Assembly: GCA_916050345.1 (NCBI GenBank)
Contig: CAJZKN010000005.1
Coordinates: forward strand, 20,529-84,528
Direction: 5' to 3'
DNA from: Haemophilus parainfluenzae
Lineage (GTDB): Bacteria > Pseudomonadota > Gammaproteobacteria > Enterobacterales > Pasteurellaceae
DNA: 64,000 bases
The position numbers and the translations under genes were made by a program. The notes beneath the pieces are model-generated. The model worked only from the letters and a program-made list of their open reading frames with translations. It had not been told where the DNA came from and searched no databases. Positions 1-9,943 of this stretch are shown here, piece after piece (position 1 is the first letter of the stretch; every line of letters starts with the position of its first letter).

Positions 1-1305
1 AATGCAGGCGTAGCACACTTAATTCACTGGAAACAAGGTGATGTCGCCGCATTAAAAAATCCAAGTCCAGATGAAGTGGGAACAGTGATTTGTAACCCAC
101 CTTACGGTGAGCGTTTAGGTACAACTCCTGCTTTGATTGCACTATATTCAGTCTTTGGGCAACGTCTTAAAAATGAATTTGGTGGTTGGAATGCGTCGAT
201 TTTCAGTAGTGAATCTACGTTGCTTGATTGTTTGCGTATGCGTTCACATCGTCAATTTAAAGCAAAAAACGGTCCGTTAGATTGTGTTCAGAAGAATTAT
301 CAAATTTCAGAACGTAAAGAAAGTGTGGCTGAAAATCCGCTTGAATTTGACCGCACTTCAACGGTAGCGGTGGATTTTGCGAATCGTTTGCAGAAAAATA
401 TCAAGAAAATTGAAAAATGGGCGAAGCAGCAAGGTCTTGATGCGTATCGTTTATATGATGCCGATTTACCGGAATATAACGTGGCAGTGGATCGTTATGG
501 TGATCATATTGTGGTGCAAGAGTATGCCGCACCCAAAAATATTGATGAAAATAAAGCGCGTCAACGTTTATTAGATGCAGTGACTGCAACCTTGCAAGTC
601 ACTGGTATTGAAACCAATAAACTGATTTTGAAAGTGCGTCAAAAACAAAAAGGTACGAATCAATATGAAAAATTGGCCAATAAAGGCGAATATTTCTATG
701 TGAATGAATACGGCGCTCAGCTTTGGGTGAATTTGACGGATTACTTGGATACAGGATTATTTTTAGATCATCGCTTAACCCGTAAAATGCTTGGCGAAAT
801 GGCAAAAGGCAAAGATTTCCTCAATCTTTTTGCTTATACCGGTTCCGCAACAGTGCATGCGGCATTAGGCGGGGCAAAATCGACGACGACCGTGGATATG
901 TCTAACACCTATTTAAACTGGGCAGAACAAAACCTGATTTTAAATGATATTGAAGGCAAGCAGCACAAGCTCATACAAGCAGATTGTTTGCAGTGGTTAG
1001 AGAAATGTGATCGCCAGTTTGATTTAATTTTCGTGGATCCGCCAACATTCTCGAATTCTAAACGTATGGAAGATAGCTGGGATGTACAACGTGATCACAT
1101 CAAATTGATGCGTAATCTTAAACGTATTTTACGCTCTAACGGCACCATCGTGTTCTCGAACAATAAACGTGGTTTTAAAATGGATTTTGAGGCGTTAGAT
1201 GAATTGGGATTAAGTGCGGTCGAAATTTCAGCTAAAACCTTACCGCTTGATTTTGAGCGTAATAAACAAATCCATAATTGCTGGTTTGTGACAATGAAAG
1301 CTTAA
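1..1305 (+). CDS. rlmL: 23S rRNA methyltransferase RlmL/RlmKL, C-terminal portion (5' end lies before the window)
   Basis: Frame is open from base 1 with no stop. [10 protein letters not shown]6-MTase motif sits near the window start. Size and the downstream SAM-MTase region (DPPTFSNSK) fit the RlmKL C-terminal half. Confidence 0.8.
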   Translation, partial: NAGVAHLIHWKQGDVAALKNPSPDEVGTVICNPPYGERLGTTPALIALYSVFGQRLKNEFGGWNASIFSSESTLLDCLRMRSHRQFKAKNGPLDCVQKNYQISERKESVAENPLEFDRTSTVAVDFANRLQKNIKKIEKWAKQQGLDAYRLYDADLPEYNVAVDRYGDHIVVQEYAAPKNIDENKARQRLLDAVTATLQVTGIETNKLILKVRQKQKGTNQYEKLANKGEYFYVNEYGAQLWVNLTDYLDTGLFLDHRLTRKMLGEMAKGKDFLNLFAYTGSATVHAALGGAKSTTTVDMSNTYLNWAEQNLILNDIEGKQHKLIQADCLQWLEKCDRQFDLIFVDPPTFSNSKRMEDSWDVQRDHIKLMRNLKRILRSNGTIVFSNNKRGFKMDFEALDELGLSAVEISAKTLPLDFERNKQIHNCWFVTMKA

Positions 1306-1310
1306 AAAAA

Positions 1311-1340
1311 AGCCCGATAATGATTTATCGGGCTTTTTTA
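1311..1340. terminator. GC hairpin (agcccgataa...ttatcgggct) plus T-run; bidirectional terminator between convergent rlmL and kefC
   Basis: Perfect inverted repeat flanked by an A-run and a T-run between two convergent stop codons. Confidence 0.6.
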
Positions 1341-3245
1341 TTATTCAACTTCTTTTTGTTTCTCTGTTTCTGAATCATCATGAAGAAGGATTTCAACCAC
1401 TGCTTCGTCATTGGTGTCATCTTCTTTTTCTAAGATCTCAGCCGTTTCTTCATTGAGTGCTTCAGCATCAGAATGTGGTTTAACGAAAGGTTTTGGCATC
1501 CAATATTTTCGGATGATGTCTGTAGAAAAACCATGTAAAACTTCTTCATTCAATCGTTCTTGATCTAAGTAACGAACTTCAGCAATGACCTCATCAGCTT
1601 CAATTTTATTGATACCTAATTGCATTAGTGTTGCACGACTGAGCGTCAATGCAGATTCAAAGGTTTCACGCACGATAAAGTCTACATCTTGCTTAATAAG
1701 ACTCACGGTTGTTTGGCGGTCATAAGTTCGCGCCAAAATTGGGAGTTTCGGATAAGCATCTTTCAAATTCTGAACGATGTTTTCAATACGTTGTGTATCG
1801 TTAATCCCGATGACAACACATTTGGCTTTTTCGATACCCGCTGCACGTAAAACATCAAGGCGAACACCGTCACCGTAATAAACTTTAAAACCGAATTTCG
1901 CTGCCGCACGGATGTTTTCGATGTTACGGTCAATCACCGAGACGTTAATGCCACGAACCAGAAGCGATTGACACACGATTTGGCTGAAACGACCAAAACC
2001 AATCACGAGCACGCTATCTTCTAAATCCACAATTGGATCAAGATCGCTAGTATCGACTTTTTCCTCTTGATTCGCTGATTTGCGTTGGTTAATTTTACGC
2101 ATCAATAAACCAATCAATGGGGAGAATAGCATCGAAATAATGACAGCTGCAGTAAAAGTCGCATTTTGATCTTTTGTCATCACGCCTGCAGTCGTCGCAG
2201 CAGAGAAGAGTACGAATGCAAATTCACCACCGTGCGCCATAATGGTCATTCGCCCAACTGATTCGGTGCGGTCTAGTTTTGTAATACGTGCCACGGTATA
2301 AACGGCTAAGGCTTTGCCGACGATGTAAAGGCATACAATACCTAACAACCAAACCGCATCATTGAAGACTAAACTGAGGTCAAGCGACATTCCCACGCCC
2401 ATAAAGAAGAGACCGAGCAATAAACCACGGAATGGTTCAATATCGGCTTCTAATTGGTGGCGGAATGCGGATTCTGAAAGCATTACACCCGCAACGAATG
2501 CGCCCATCGCCATTGAAAGGCCACTCGCTTCCATGGCTAATGCAGCACCTAACACCACAAGTAAGGCGGCAGCTGTCATCATTTCGCGAATATGAGCTTT
2601 GGAAATCAAACGGAAAATTGGGTTCATTAACCATTTACCCGCAACCACTAAACCGACAACGGCACCGAGTGCAATAGCAATAGATGTCCAGTTTGTGTGA
2701 TGTTCAATATGTTTGGTTTCAGGCGTTAAAAAGGCAATAGAAGCCAATAATGGCACAATGGATAAATCTTCAAAAATTAAGGTAGAAATAACGCGTTGGC
2801 CTTTTGGTGTATTCGTAATCCCGCGTTCTTCTAATACCTGCATAACAATAGCGGTGGAAGAAAGGGTAAAGCCCATACCCGCAATAAATGCGACCTCTTT
2901 AGGAAGATTTAAAATATAGATACCAGCAAAGGTAAGCAGAACACCACATAGCCCGACTTGTAAAAGACCTCGCCCGAAAATAGCTTTTCGCATTGCCCAT
3001 AATCGTTCGGGGTGCATTTCTAAGCCGATAATAAATAAGAACATGACTACGCCGAGTTCTGCCATATGTAGCACTGATTCCGCATCTTTAATAAAACTAA
3101 ATACGGAAGGTCCAATTAAACAGCCTGCCACTAAATAACCCAACACGCTACCTAAGCCAATACGCTTAAAAAGTGGCACGATAGTGACACTGGTAGCGAG
3201 TAGAACAACAGTTTTAATTAATTCAGGGCTGACGACATTCGACAT
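1341..3245 (-). CDS. kefC: Glutathione-regulated K+ efflux antiporter KefB/KefC (CPA2 family with C-terminal TrkA-N/RCK domain)
   Basis: 634 aa. N-terminal region is multi-TM. C-terminal Rossmann motif VIGFGRFSQIV is typical of the KefC RCK domain. Confidence 0.85.
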   Translation of the reverse strand: MSNVVSPELIKTVVLLATSVTIVPLFKRIGLGSVLGYLVAGCLIGPSVFSFIKDAESVLHMAELGVVMFLFIIGLEMHPERLWAMRKAIFGRGLLQVGLCGVLLTFAGIYILNLPKEVAFIAGMGFTLSSTAIVMQVLEERGITNTPKGQRVISTLIFEDLSIVPLLASIAFLTPETKHIEHHTNWTSIAIALGAVVGLVVAGKWLMNPIFRLISKAHIREMMTAAALLVVLGAALAMEASGLSMAMGAFVAGVMLSESAFRHQLEADIEPFRGLLLGLFFMGVGMSLDLSLVFNDAVWLLGIVCLYIVGKALAVYTVARITKLDRTESVGRMTIMAHGGEFAFVLFSAATTAGVMTKDQNATFTAAVIISMLFSPLIGLLMRKINQRKSANQEEKVDTSDLDPIVDLEDSVLVIGFGRFSQIVCQSLLVRGINVSVIDRNIENIRAAAKFGFKVYYGDGVRLDVLRAAGIEKAKCVVIGINDTQRIENIVQNLKDAYPKLPILARTYDRQTTVSLIKQDVDFIVRETFESALTLSRATLMQLGINKIEADEVIAEVRYLDQERLNEEVLHGFSTDIIRKYWMPKPFVKPHSDAEALNEETAEILEKEDDTNDEAVVEILLHDDSETEKQKEVE

Positions 3246-3374
3246 AGGGCAAAAAACCTTAGTAAAAACAGGGAGTATGAGAAGAAAGTTGAGTTGTATT
3301 CTAGCCTTTTTTCACTAAATAAAAAACACAGAAAAGCAAGAAATTGGTATAATTTACAAAAACTTTACACGCAT

Positions 3375-3403
3375 AAAAGTGGTCAGTTTTTTGACCGCAC
3401 TTT
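3375..3403. repeat. Inverted pair of degenerate USS-like repeats (aaaagtggtca / tgaccgcactt) in the divergent kefC/yeaL promoter region
   Basis: The hairpin-capable inverted repeat is seen directly in the sequence. A tataat -10-like hexamer lies just upstream at about 3348. Confidence 0.45.
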
Positions 3404-3412
3404 AGAGGTATT

Positions 3413-3865
3413 ATGACATTACAATTCAATATGGTCGCGTTGTTATTGGTTTTCTTAATTGTTTTAGGTTTAATTAGCCAAAATAGCGCGATTACCATCT
3501 CAGCCGCCGTGCTGTTAATCATGCAGCAAACCTTATTATCCAAATACATTCCCATACTTGAACAATACGGTGTCAAAATCGGGATCATCATTTTAACGAT
3601 TGGTGTGCTTGCACCGTTAGTGTCGGGAAAAATTCAGCTTCCAGATTTAAGTTCATTTTTAAACTGGAAAATGGGTGTGTCGATTGCAACGGGAATATTC
3701 GTCGCATGGCTCGCGGGGAAAGGCGTGCCATTAATGAGTGAACAACCTGTTTTAGTCACAGGGTTATTAATTGGTACGATTATTGGTGTATCTTTCTTAG
3801 GCGGTATTCCGGTGGGACCTCTCATCGCTGCAGGGATTTTATCGGTATTAATAGGAAAATTTTAA
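3413..3865 (+). CDS. UPF0756/DUF441 (YeaL-like) small inner-membrane protein
   Basis: 150 aa with 4 TM helices. Similarity to E. coli YeaL is recalled from memory. Confidence 0.6.
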   Translation: MTLQFNMVALLLVFLIVLGLISQNSAITISAAVLLIMQQTLLSKYIPILEQYGVKIGIIILTIGVLAPLVSGKIQLPDLSSFLNWKMGVSIATGIFVAWLAGKGVPLMSEQPVLVTGLLIGTIIGVSFLGGIPVGPLIAAGILSVLIGKF

Positions 3866-4249
3866 ATGAAAAACAAATGGTTATTTATCGCAGGATTAAG
3901 CGGTTTTTTGTGTGTGGCGATTGGTGCTTTTGCGGCACATGGATTAAGCAAGGTTTTAGAACCTAAAGAATTAGCCTGGATTGAAACGGGTGTGAAATAT
4001 CAAATGTTCCACACCATTGCGATTTTAGCGATTGGCATTTTGCAATTATGCCGTGAATCATTGGTTGTAAATAAAATGGCTAATTTCGCTGCAGGGGCTT
4101 GGGCGTACGGCATTCTTCTTTTTAGTGGCAGCCTTTATGCACTTGCGCTTGGTGCAGGCAAATTCCTCGTTTGGGTAACACCAATTGGCGGAACCTTATT
4201 TTTAATTGGTTGGCTTTGCTTGGCTTACGGTGGTGTTAAAAGTAAATAG
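3866..4249 (+). CDS. DUF423 (YgdD-like) small membrane protein
   Basis: 127 aa, with motif GAFAAHGL and 4 TM helices. The start is adjacent to the previous stop, and hrpA starts 3 bp after this gene's stop. Confidence 0.6.
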   Translation: MKNKWLFIAGLSGFLCVAIGAFAAHGLSKVLEPKELAWIETGVKYQMFHTIAILAIGILQLCRESLVVNKMANFAAGAWAYGILLFSGSLYALALGAGKFLVWVTPIGGTLFLIGWLCLAYGGVKSK

Positions 4250-4251
4250 AT

Positions 4252-7200
4252 ATGAAGAATAAATCAGTCAAACGTGAATTAAACCCGATACAACAATCTC
4301 TCTTTTTGAAACTCAAGGATATCATGTTGGTGGATCAGCGTCGTTTATCTGCCCGAATTCATGGTATTGGAAAAATTAAAAGTCCAGAAGCTCAGCAAGC
4401 AGTGGCGGCTGAAATCCAACAGCAAATTGAACAGGCGCAATTACGTGTAGAAAATCGTAAAAGAGCGGTGCAAAATCCGATTGTTTTTCCAGAGAGTTTG
4501 CCTGTTAGCCAACGTAAAGTAGAAATTCAAAAATTGCTTTCTGAACATCAGGTCATTGTGGTGGCAGGGGAAACTGGTTCTGGTAAAACCACCCAATTGC
4601 CAAAAATGTGTTTGGAATTAGGTTTCGGCAATTTGGGCATGATTGGTCATACTCAGCCAAGACGTATTGCTGCTCGTTCGGTGGCGGCGCGTATTGCAGA
4701 AGAGCTGGAAACAGATCTTGGCGGTTTAGTAGGTTATAAGGTTCGTTTTAACGATCAAATCAGTGATGATACGCAAATCAAGTTGATGACCGATGGGATC
4801 CTATTAGCAGAAATTCAAAACGATCGTTTCCTCAATCAATATTCTTGCTTGATTATTGACGAAGCCCACGAACGTAGCCTAAATAACGATTTTATTCTCG
4901 GTTATCTGAAACAGCTTTTACCACGTCGTCGTGATTTAAAACTTATTATCACTTCCGCGACCATTGATGTGGAACGCTTTTCCAAACATTTCAACAATGC
5001 CCCGATTATCGAAGTCTCGGGTAGAACCTATCCCGTTGAAGTGCGTTATCGTCCGGTAGTAGAGGAAGACGATCAAGATCAGCTACAAGGCATTCTTAAT
5101 GCGGTGGATGAACTGCAGGCTGAAGGTCGTGGCGATATTTTGATCTTTATGAACGGTGAGCGTGAAATTCGCGATACCGCCGAAGCTTTACAAAAACAAA
5201 ATCTAAAACACACGGAAATTCTACCGCTCTTTGCTCGCTTGTCTGCGCAAGAACAGAATAAAATTTTCCATCCGAGTGGATTAAATCGCATTGTGTTGGC
5301 GACCAATGTCGCAGAAACCTCATTGACCGTGCCAGGCATTAAATATGTGATTGACCCAGGTACTGCGCGCATTTCCCGTTATAGCTATCGCACCAAAGTA
5401 CAACGTTTACCGATTGAACCCATTTCACAGGCATCGGCTAATCAGCGTAAAGGTCGTTGTGGTCGTGTGAGCGAAGGGATTTGTATTCGTTTATATTCGG
5501 AAGAAGATTTTAATTCTCGTCCAGAGTTTACCGCTCCTGAAATCCTACGCACTAATTTAGCCTCTGTTATTTTGCAAATGACGGCATTGGGTTTGGATGA
5601 TATTGAAGCGTTCCCGTTTGTTGATGCACCAGATAAACGCCATATTCAAGATGGTATAAAACTGTTGGAAGAATTGGGTGCGTTTGAAATAGTTCGCACC
5701 AAAGCGGGCGAGAAACGTCAATTAACGGCAGTAGGTCGTCAATTAGCTCAACTCCCTGTGGATCCTCGTTTAGCGAAGATGTTGCTGACCGCTGTCTCAC
5801 AAGGTGCGTTGCATGAAGTGATGATTATTGTTGCCGCATTGTCTATTCAAGATCCTCGCGAGCGCCCACAAGAAAAACAACAAGCTTCCGATGAAAAACA
5901 TCGTCGTTTTGCCGATAAAAAATCAGATTTCTTGGCTTTCCTCAATCTTTGGTGTTACCTACAAGAACAACAAAAAGAATTAAGTAAAAACCAATTCCGT
6001 CGTCAATGCCAAAAGGATTTCTTAAATTATTTACGCATTCGCGAATGGCAGGATATTTATCATCAAATTCGTTTAACCGTGCGTGAAATGGGCTTGCCGA
6101 TTAATTCTGAAAAAGCAGAATATCAGCAAATTCATACCGCACTTTTAAGCGGCTTGCTTTCTCATATTGGTTTAAAAGAAGCGGAGAAACAACAATATCT
6201 TGGTGCACGTAATGCCCATTTTGCGATTTTCCCTAATTCTGTACTTTTCAAAAAACAACCGAAATGGGTGATGGCGGCAGAGTTAGTAGAAACCTCCAAA
6301 CTTTGGGGGCGTATGGTGGCGGAAATTGAGCCAGAATGGATTGAGCCACTTGCCGAGCATTTAATTAAAAAATCCTATTCAGAACCGCGTTGGTCGAAAT
6401 CTCGTGGCGCGGTGATTGCTGATGAAAAAGTGACGCTTTACGGTGTGCCGATTGTGGCTGCTCGACCAGTGAATTACGGTTCTATTGATCCGACGGTGAG
6501 CCGCGAGATCTTTATTCAATCTGCCTTAGTGGAAGGGGATTGGAATACCAAACATAAATTCTTCAAAGAAAATCAACGACTCGTTCGAGAAGTGGAGGAG
6601 TTGGAACACAAAAGCCGCCGCCGCGATATTTTGGTGGATGATCGTACGCTTTTTGAATTTTACGATCAGCGTATTGGCACGGAAGTCGTTTCCCAAAAAC
6701 ATTTTGATACCTGGTGGAAAAAGGCGCAGCAAAAAGATCATGAATTGCTTAATTTTGAACGTTCATTCTTGATTAATGATGATGCGGAGCAAGTGAGCAA
6801 ATTGGATTTCCCAAACTTCTGGCATCAAGGCAATTTAAAACTTAAATTAACTTATCAATTTGAACCAGGTACCGATGCGGATGGGGTGACCGTGCATATT
6901 CCGTTGCCATTGCTCAACCAAGTGGAAATGACCGGCTTTGATTGGCAAATTCCAGGCTTGCGGGAAGAACTGGTGATTGCGCTGATTAAATCTCTGCCGA
7001 AATCTTATCGCCGTAACTTCGTGCCTGCACCTAATTATGCTCAAGCTTTTTTAAGTCGTGCCGTGCCATTGGAAAAGCCATTATTGGATACGCTAATTTA
7101 TGAATTGCGTCGTATGACGGGCGTCACCGTAGAAGCGGAACATTGGAATTGGGAACAAATTCCAAGCCATTTGAAAATGACCTTCCGTGTGGTAGATGAA

Positions 7201-8163
7201 AACGGCAAGAAAATTGCCGAATCCATGAATTTGGATGAGCTGAAATTCAACTTAAAAGATCGCGTACAGGAAAGTATTTCTGCTGTGGCGGATGATGGCA
7301 TTGAACAAAGCGGGCTGCATATTTGGAGCTTTGCAGATTTACCACAATCTTACGAACAAAAACAACGTGGTTTTAGCGTCAAAGCGTTCCCGGCTATTGT
7401 AGATGAAAAAGATGCCGTAGGTATCAAACTGTTTGAAACAGAGTTTGAGCAAGCAGTGGCGATGCAACAAGGTTTGCGTAGATTGTTGCTACTCAATGTG
7501 CCATCACCAATTAAGTATCTGCATGAAAAATTGCCGAATAAAGCCAAATTGGGGCTGTATTTTACTCCGTTCGGTCGTGTGTTGGATTTGATTGATGACT
7601 GTATCGCTTGTGCCGTGGATAAACTGATTGCCGATTTTGGCGGGTTTGTATGGGATGAAGCAGGCTTTGAAAAATTGCGTGATTTTGTACGAGAAAACCT
7701 TAACGAAGTGACTGTAGATATTGCGCAGAAAGTGGAGCAAATCCTATCCCTTAACCATGCCTTAAACCAACGTTTAAAAGGCAAAATGGATTTCACTATG
7801 GCATTCGCATTGTCCGACATCAAATCACAACTTTCAGGCTTGGTGTATCAAGGTTTTGTACAAAAGAGCGGTTATGATCGCCTACCTGATTTACAGCGCT
7901 ATCTGAAAGCCATTGATAAACGTATGGATAAACTGGCTCAAGATGTAAACCGTGATCGTGCAGCGATGCTACGCGTGGAACAAGTACAACAAGCCTACCA
8001 ACAACTTCTTGCCAAACTGCCAAAATCTAAACCAATTTCCGATGAAATTGCAGAAATTCGCTATATGATTGAGGAATTGCGTGTGAGTTTATTTGCGCAG
8101 CAGTTAGGGACGAAGTATCAGGTGTCGGATAAGCGGATTTTGAATGCGATACTTGAATTTTAA
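4252..8163 (+). CDS. hrpA: ATP-dependent RNA helicase HrpA (DEAH-box)
   Basis: 1303 aa. Carries GETGSGKTTQLP Walker A, DEAHER, TSATID, and the long HrpA-specific C-terminal region. Confidence 0.9.
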   Translation: MKNKSVKRELNPIQQSLFLKLKDIMLVDQRRLSARIHGIGKIKSPEAQQAVAAEIQQQIEQAQLRVENRKRAVQNPIVFPESLPVSQRKVEIQKLLSEHQVIVVAGETGSGKTTQLPKMCLELGFGNLGMIGHTQPRRIAARSVAARIAEELETDLGGLVGYKVRFNDQISDDTQIKLMTDGILLAEIQNDRFLNQYSCLIIDEAHERSLNNDFILGYLKQLLPRRRDLKLIITSATIDVERFSKHFNNAPIIEVSGRTYPVEVRYRPVVEEDDQDQLQGILNAVDELQAEGRGDILIFMNGEREIRDTAEALQKQNLKHTEILPLFARLSAQEQNKIFHPSGLNRIVLATNVAETSLTVPGIKYVIDPGTARISRYSYRTKVQRLPIEPISQASANQRKGRCGRVSEGICIRLYSEEDFNSRPEFTAPEILRTNLASVILQMTALGLDDIEAFPFVDAPDKRHIQDGIKLLEELGAFEIVRTKAGEKRQLTAVGRQLAQLPVDPRLAKMLLTAVSQGALHEVMIIVAALSIQDPRERPQEKQQASDEKHRRFADKKSDFLAFLNLWCYLQEQQKELSKNQFRRQCQKDFLNYLRIREWQDIYHQIRLTVREMGLPINSEKAEYQQIHTALLSGLLSHIGLKEAEKQQYLGARNAHFAIFPNSVLFKKQPKWVMAAELVETSKLWGRMVAEIEPEWIEPLAEHLIKKSYSEPRWSKSRGAVIADEKVTLYGVPIVAARPVNYGSIDPTVSREIFIQSALVEGDWNTKHKFFKENQRLVREVEELEHKSRRRDILVDDRTLFEFYDQRIGTEVVSQKHFDTWWKKAQQKDHELLNFERSFLINDDAEQVSKLDFPNFWHQGNLKLKLTYQFEPGTDADGVTVHIPLPLLNQVEMTGFDWQIPGLREELVIALIKSLPKSYRRNFVPAPNYAQAFLSRAVPLEKPLLDTLIYELRRMTGVTVEAEHWNWEQIPSHLKMTFRVVDENGKKIAESMNLDELKFNLKDRVQESISAVADDGIEQSGLHIWSFADLPQSYEQKQRGFSVKAFPAIVDEKDAVGIKLFETEFEQAVAMQQGLRRLLLLNVPSPIKYLHEKLPNKAKLGLYFTPFGRVLDLIDDCIACAVDKLIADFGGFVWDEAGFEKLRDFVRENLNEVTVDIAQKVEQILSLNHALNQRLKGKMDFTMAFALSDIKSQLSGLVYQGFVQKSGYDRLPDLQRYLKAIDKRMDKLAQDVNRDRAAMLRVEQVQQAYQQLLAKLPKSKPISDEIAEIRYMIEELRVSLFAQQLGTKYQVSDKRILNAILEF

Positions 8164-8168
8164 ATTAT

Positions 8169-8200
8169 AAAAAATGGCATAAAAATTTATGCCATTTTTT
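8169..8200. terminator. Hairpin (aatggcataaa...tttatgccatt) flanked by A-run and T-run; bidirectional terminator between hrpA and the convergent NTPase gene
   Basis: Perfect 11-bp inverted repeat with flanking A/T runs. Confidence 0.6.
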
Positions 8201-8203
8201 TAT

Positions 8204-9760
8204 CTAGTTTCTAAAAAATAGTGGGTGAATGAAAAATGTTTTATTTAGATCTGTTATATCCAACTCAGGTTTTTCAAATGATGAATAAATTATAACACTA
8301 TCGGATTTCTTAATGCCAATAACTCCAATAATAAACCAGACCTTAATAAGTTCTTTAAAATTCAAAATTATATTTTCATGAGATTTATCTGTAGAAGTGC
8401 TTTTGTCTCTATCCATTAAAAAATCCTGAATTTTCTCTATGTCTTTTTTATCAAGTAATTCCTCTATAAACTCTTGTGATTTTAAAAATGATAATGAGTC
8501 AATATAATCCATAACGCATGGATATATACTTGCCCATTCTTGAACAAGAGCTCCTTTTCGTGAAGAGTAAAATTTTTCTTCAGCCGCAATTACAATATCT
8601 TCATTTAATTCAATTTCACCATCACATTCAGAAAAACAATTATTTACAAAATTTATTGCATCTCTTGGTCTTAGCATTGTTCTATCAATAATGTAATCAA
8701 TTGCTCTTTCTCCTTTAACTGTAAAACCAAAAATATCATTAAATTTTGTATTTGCAGATCCTGAATATTGATTTTTTATAAGATGATTTATACGGATATC
8801 TAAAATTGAAATTATTTCCTTTTTATTCCATGATATAGGATAGATTAGAGATTGATCCTTTTCATGTTGTCTTAAGCTATTTTTATAAATACCCATGAGA
8901 ATATCTGTTCTAATGGCAATCAGAATTTTAACAGATTTAATATCTAATAATTCTCTAAATGCATCTAATAGCGCATTAATAAAGTCATATCTTATAGAGC
9001 TTGAACTTAACCATGATTTATCAAGGTCATCTATACTAATAACAATTTTTATTTGTTTTTGATTGGATAACTCTGATTTTAGTAATTTAATTAGTTCTTT
9101 CTGTTTAGCTAATAATTCCTTACTAACATAGCTAGAGGTTTCTTTTTGTACTTTTTGTTGGGTTTCTTCTGAAAGTTTTCCACTGACTCCAATAAAATCA
9201 TTCCCTAATTTACATGATAAGTCATCTTGTAATCTATTAGTTATTTCTGTAATAACATTACTATTAAAGAAATGATCCTTAAATTTTTCTAAATATTCAT
9301 CAGCGAGTTCTGGACGATAGTTTACTTTTTCTTTTCCCACTAAATTTTTAACAAAGTCAAAGAAACTATCGTAAGATTTTTTATATAAAATCTGTATTAC
9401 TTTTATAAGTAATACGTGTAGCCATAAGGACTTATAAAAAACTCGTAAGTCAATATCTTTCTCCATTAGGGTTGATATAAAAACATTATTTTGAATATGC
9501 TCAAAAACAGTATTTTCAGCTTCAATAGTTTCATGGTTACGAATATGTTCATCATTTAAAATTTGTTTAAGTAAGGCTGTTTTCCCACTGCCAGTTCTAC
9601 CAACAATAATTCTTCTAGTGAAGTCAGGGTTTTGTTCACTGTCATCAAAATTAACAATGCCTTTGAAAACCTCCGATTTGTAAAAGCAAGAGTCAAGAAA
9701 TGAGTCTGTTTCAGCATCTAACTTGCCAATTTCAATATTTTTTCTAAACTTATAGGCCAT
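8204..9760 (-). CDS. Orphan P-loop NTPase with KAP-family-like motif arrangement, in an AT-rich islet (candidate defence/Abi protein)
   Basis: 518 aa. Walker A GRTGSGKT is at res 54-61 (DNA 9578-9601). Walker-B-like IVISIDDLDKSW is at res 239-250 (DNA about 9011-9046). RPRDAINFVNN is at res 364-374. There is no signal peptide or clear TM segment. Codon usage is very AT-rich compared with the neighbours. Family assignment rests on motif recall, not a search. Confidence 0.5.
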   Translation of the reverse strand: MAYKFRKNIEIGKLDAETDSFLDSCFYKSEVFKGIVNFDDSEQNPDFTRRIIVGRTGSGKTALLKQILNDEHIRNHETIEAENTVFEHIQNNVFISTLMEKDIDLRVFYKSLWLHVLLIKVIQILYKKSYDSFFDFVKNLVGKEKVNYRPELADEYLEKFKDHFFNSNVITEITNRLQDDLSCKLGNDFIGVSGKLSEETQQKVQKETSSYVSKELLAKQKELIKLLKSELSNQKQIKIVISIDDLDKSWLSSSSIRYDFINALLDAFRELLDIKSVKILIAIRTDILMGIYKNSLRQHEKDQSLIYPISWNKKEIISILDIRINHLIKNQYSGSANTKFNDIFGFTVKGERAIDYIIDRTMLRPRDAINFVNNCFSECDGEIELNEDIVIAAEEKFYSSRKGALVQEWASIYPCVMDYIDSLSFLKSQEFIEELLDKKDIEKIQDFLMDRDKSTSTDKSHENIILNFKELIKVWFIIGVIGIKKSDSVIIYSSFEKPELDITDLNKTFFIHPLFFRN

Positions 9761-9848
9761 TTATATTTTCCCTAGGTTAATAAAATAATTAATAAAGGTT
9801 TTATACTAAATCTTTTATTAAATAACTTCTATTTTCAATAATTATTTT

Positions 9849-9864
9849 TGTGATCTATCTCAAA
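9849..9864. promoter_or_regulatory. CRP-like half-conserved site TGTGA-N6-TCAAA upstream of dcuC
   Basis: The sequence is tgtgatctatctcaaa, about 80 bp upstream of the dcuC ATG. The second half-site is imperfect. Confidence 0.25.
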
Positions 9865-9943
9865 TTTTCGTACTGAACTGATTTACAACTGCCAATTCAA
9901 TCGCTATCTTGCTGATATTATTATTTTAATAAAGAGGTAAATT

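Noticed and set aside
5079-8023. Several 60-160 aa ORFs antisense or out of frame inside hrpA (for example 7350-7823 minus, 7504-7740 minus, 5079-5372 minus)
   Set aside because: They lie entirely within a well-supported 1303-aa helicase gene. They lack RBS and conservation logic, and their low-complexity translations are typical of spurious shadow ORFs.
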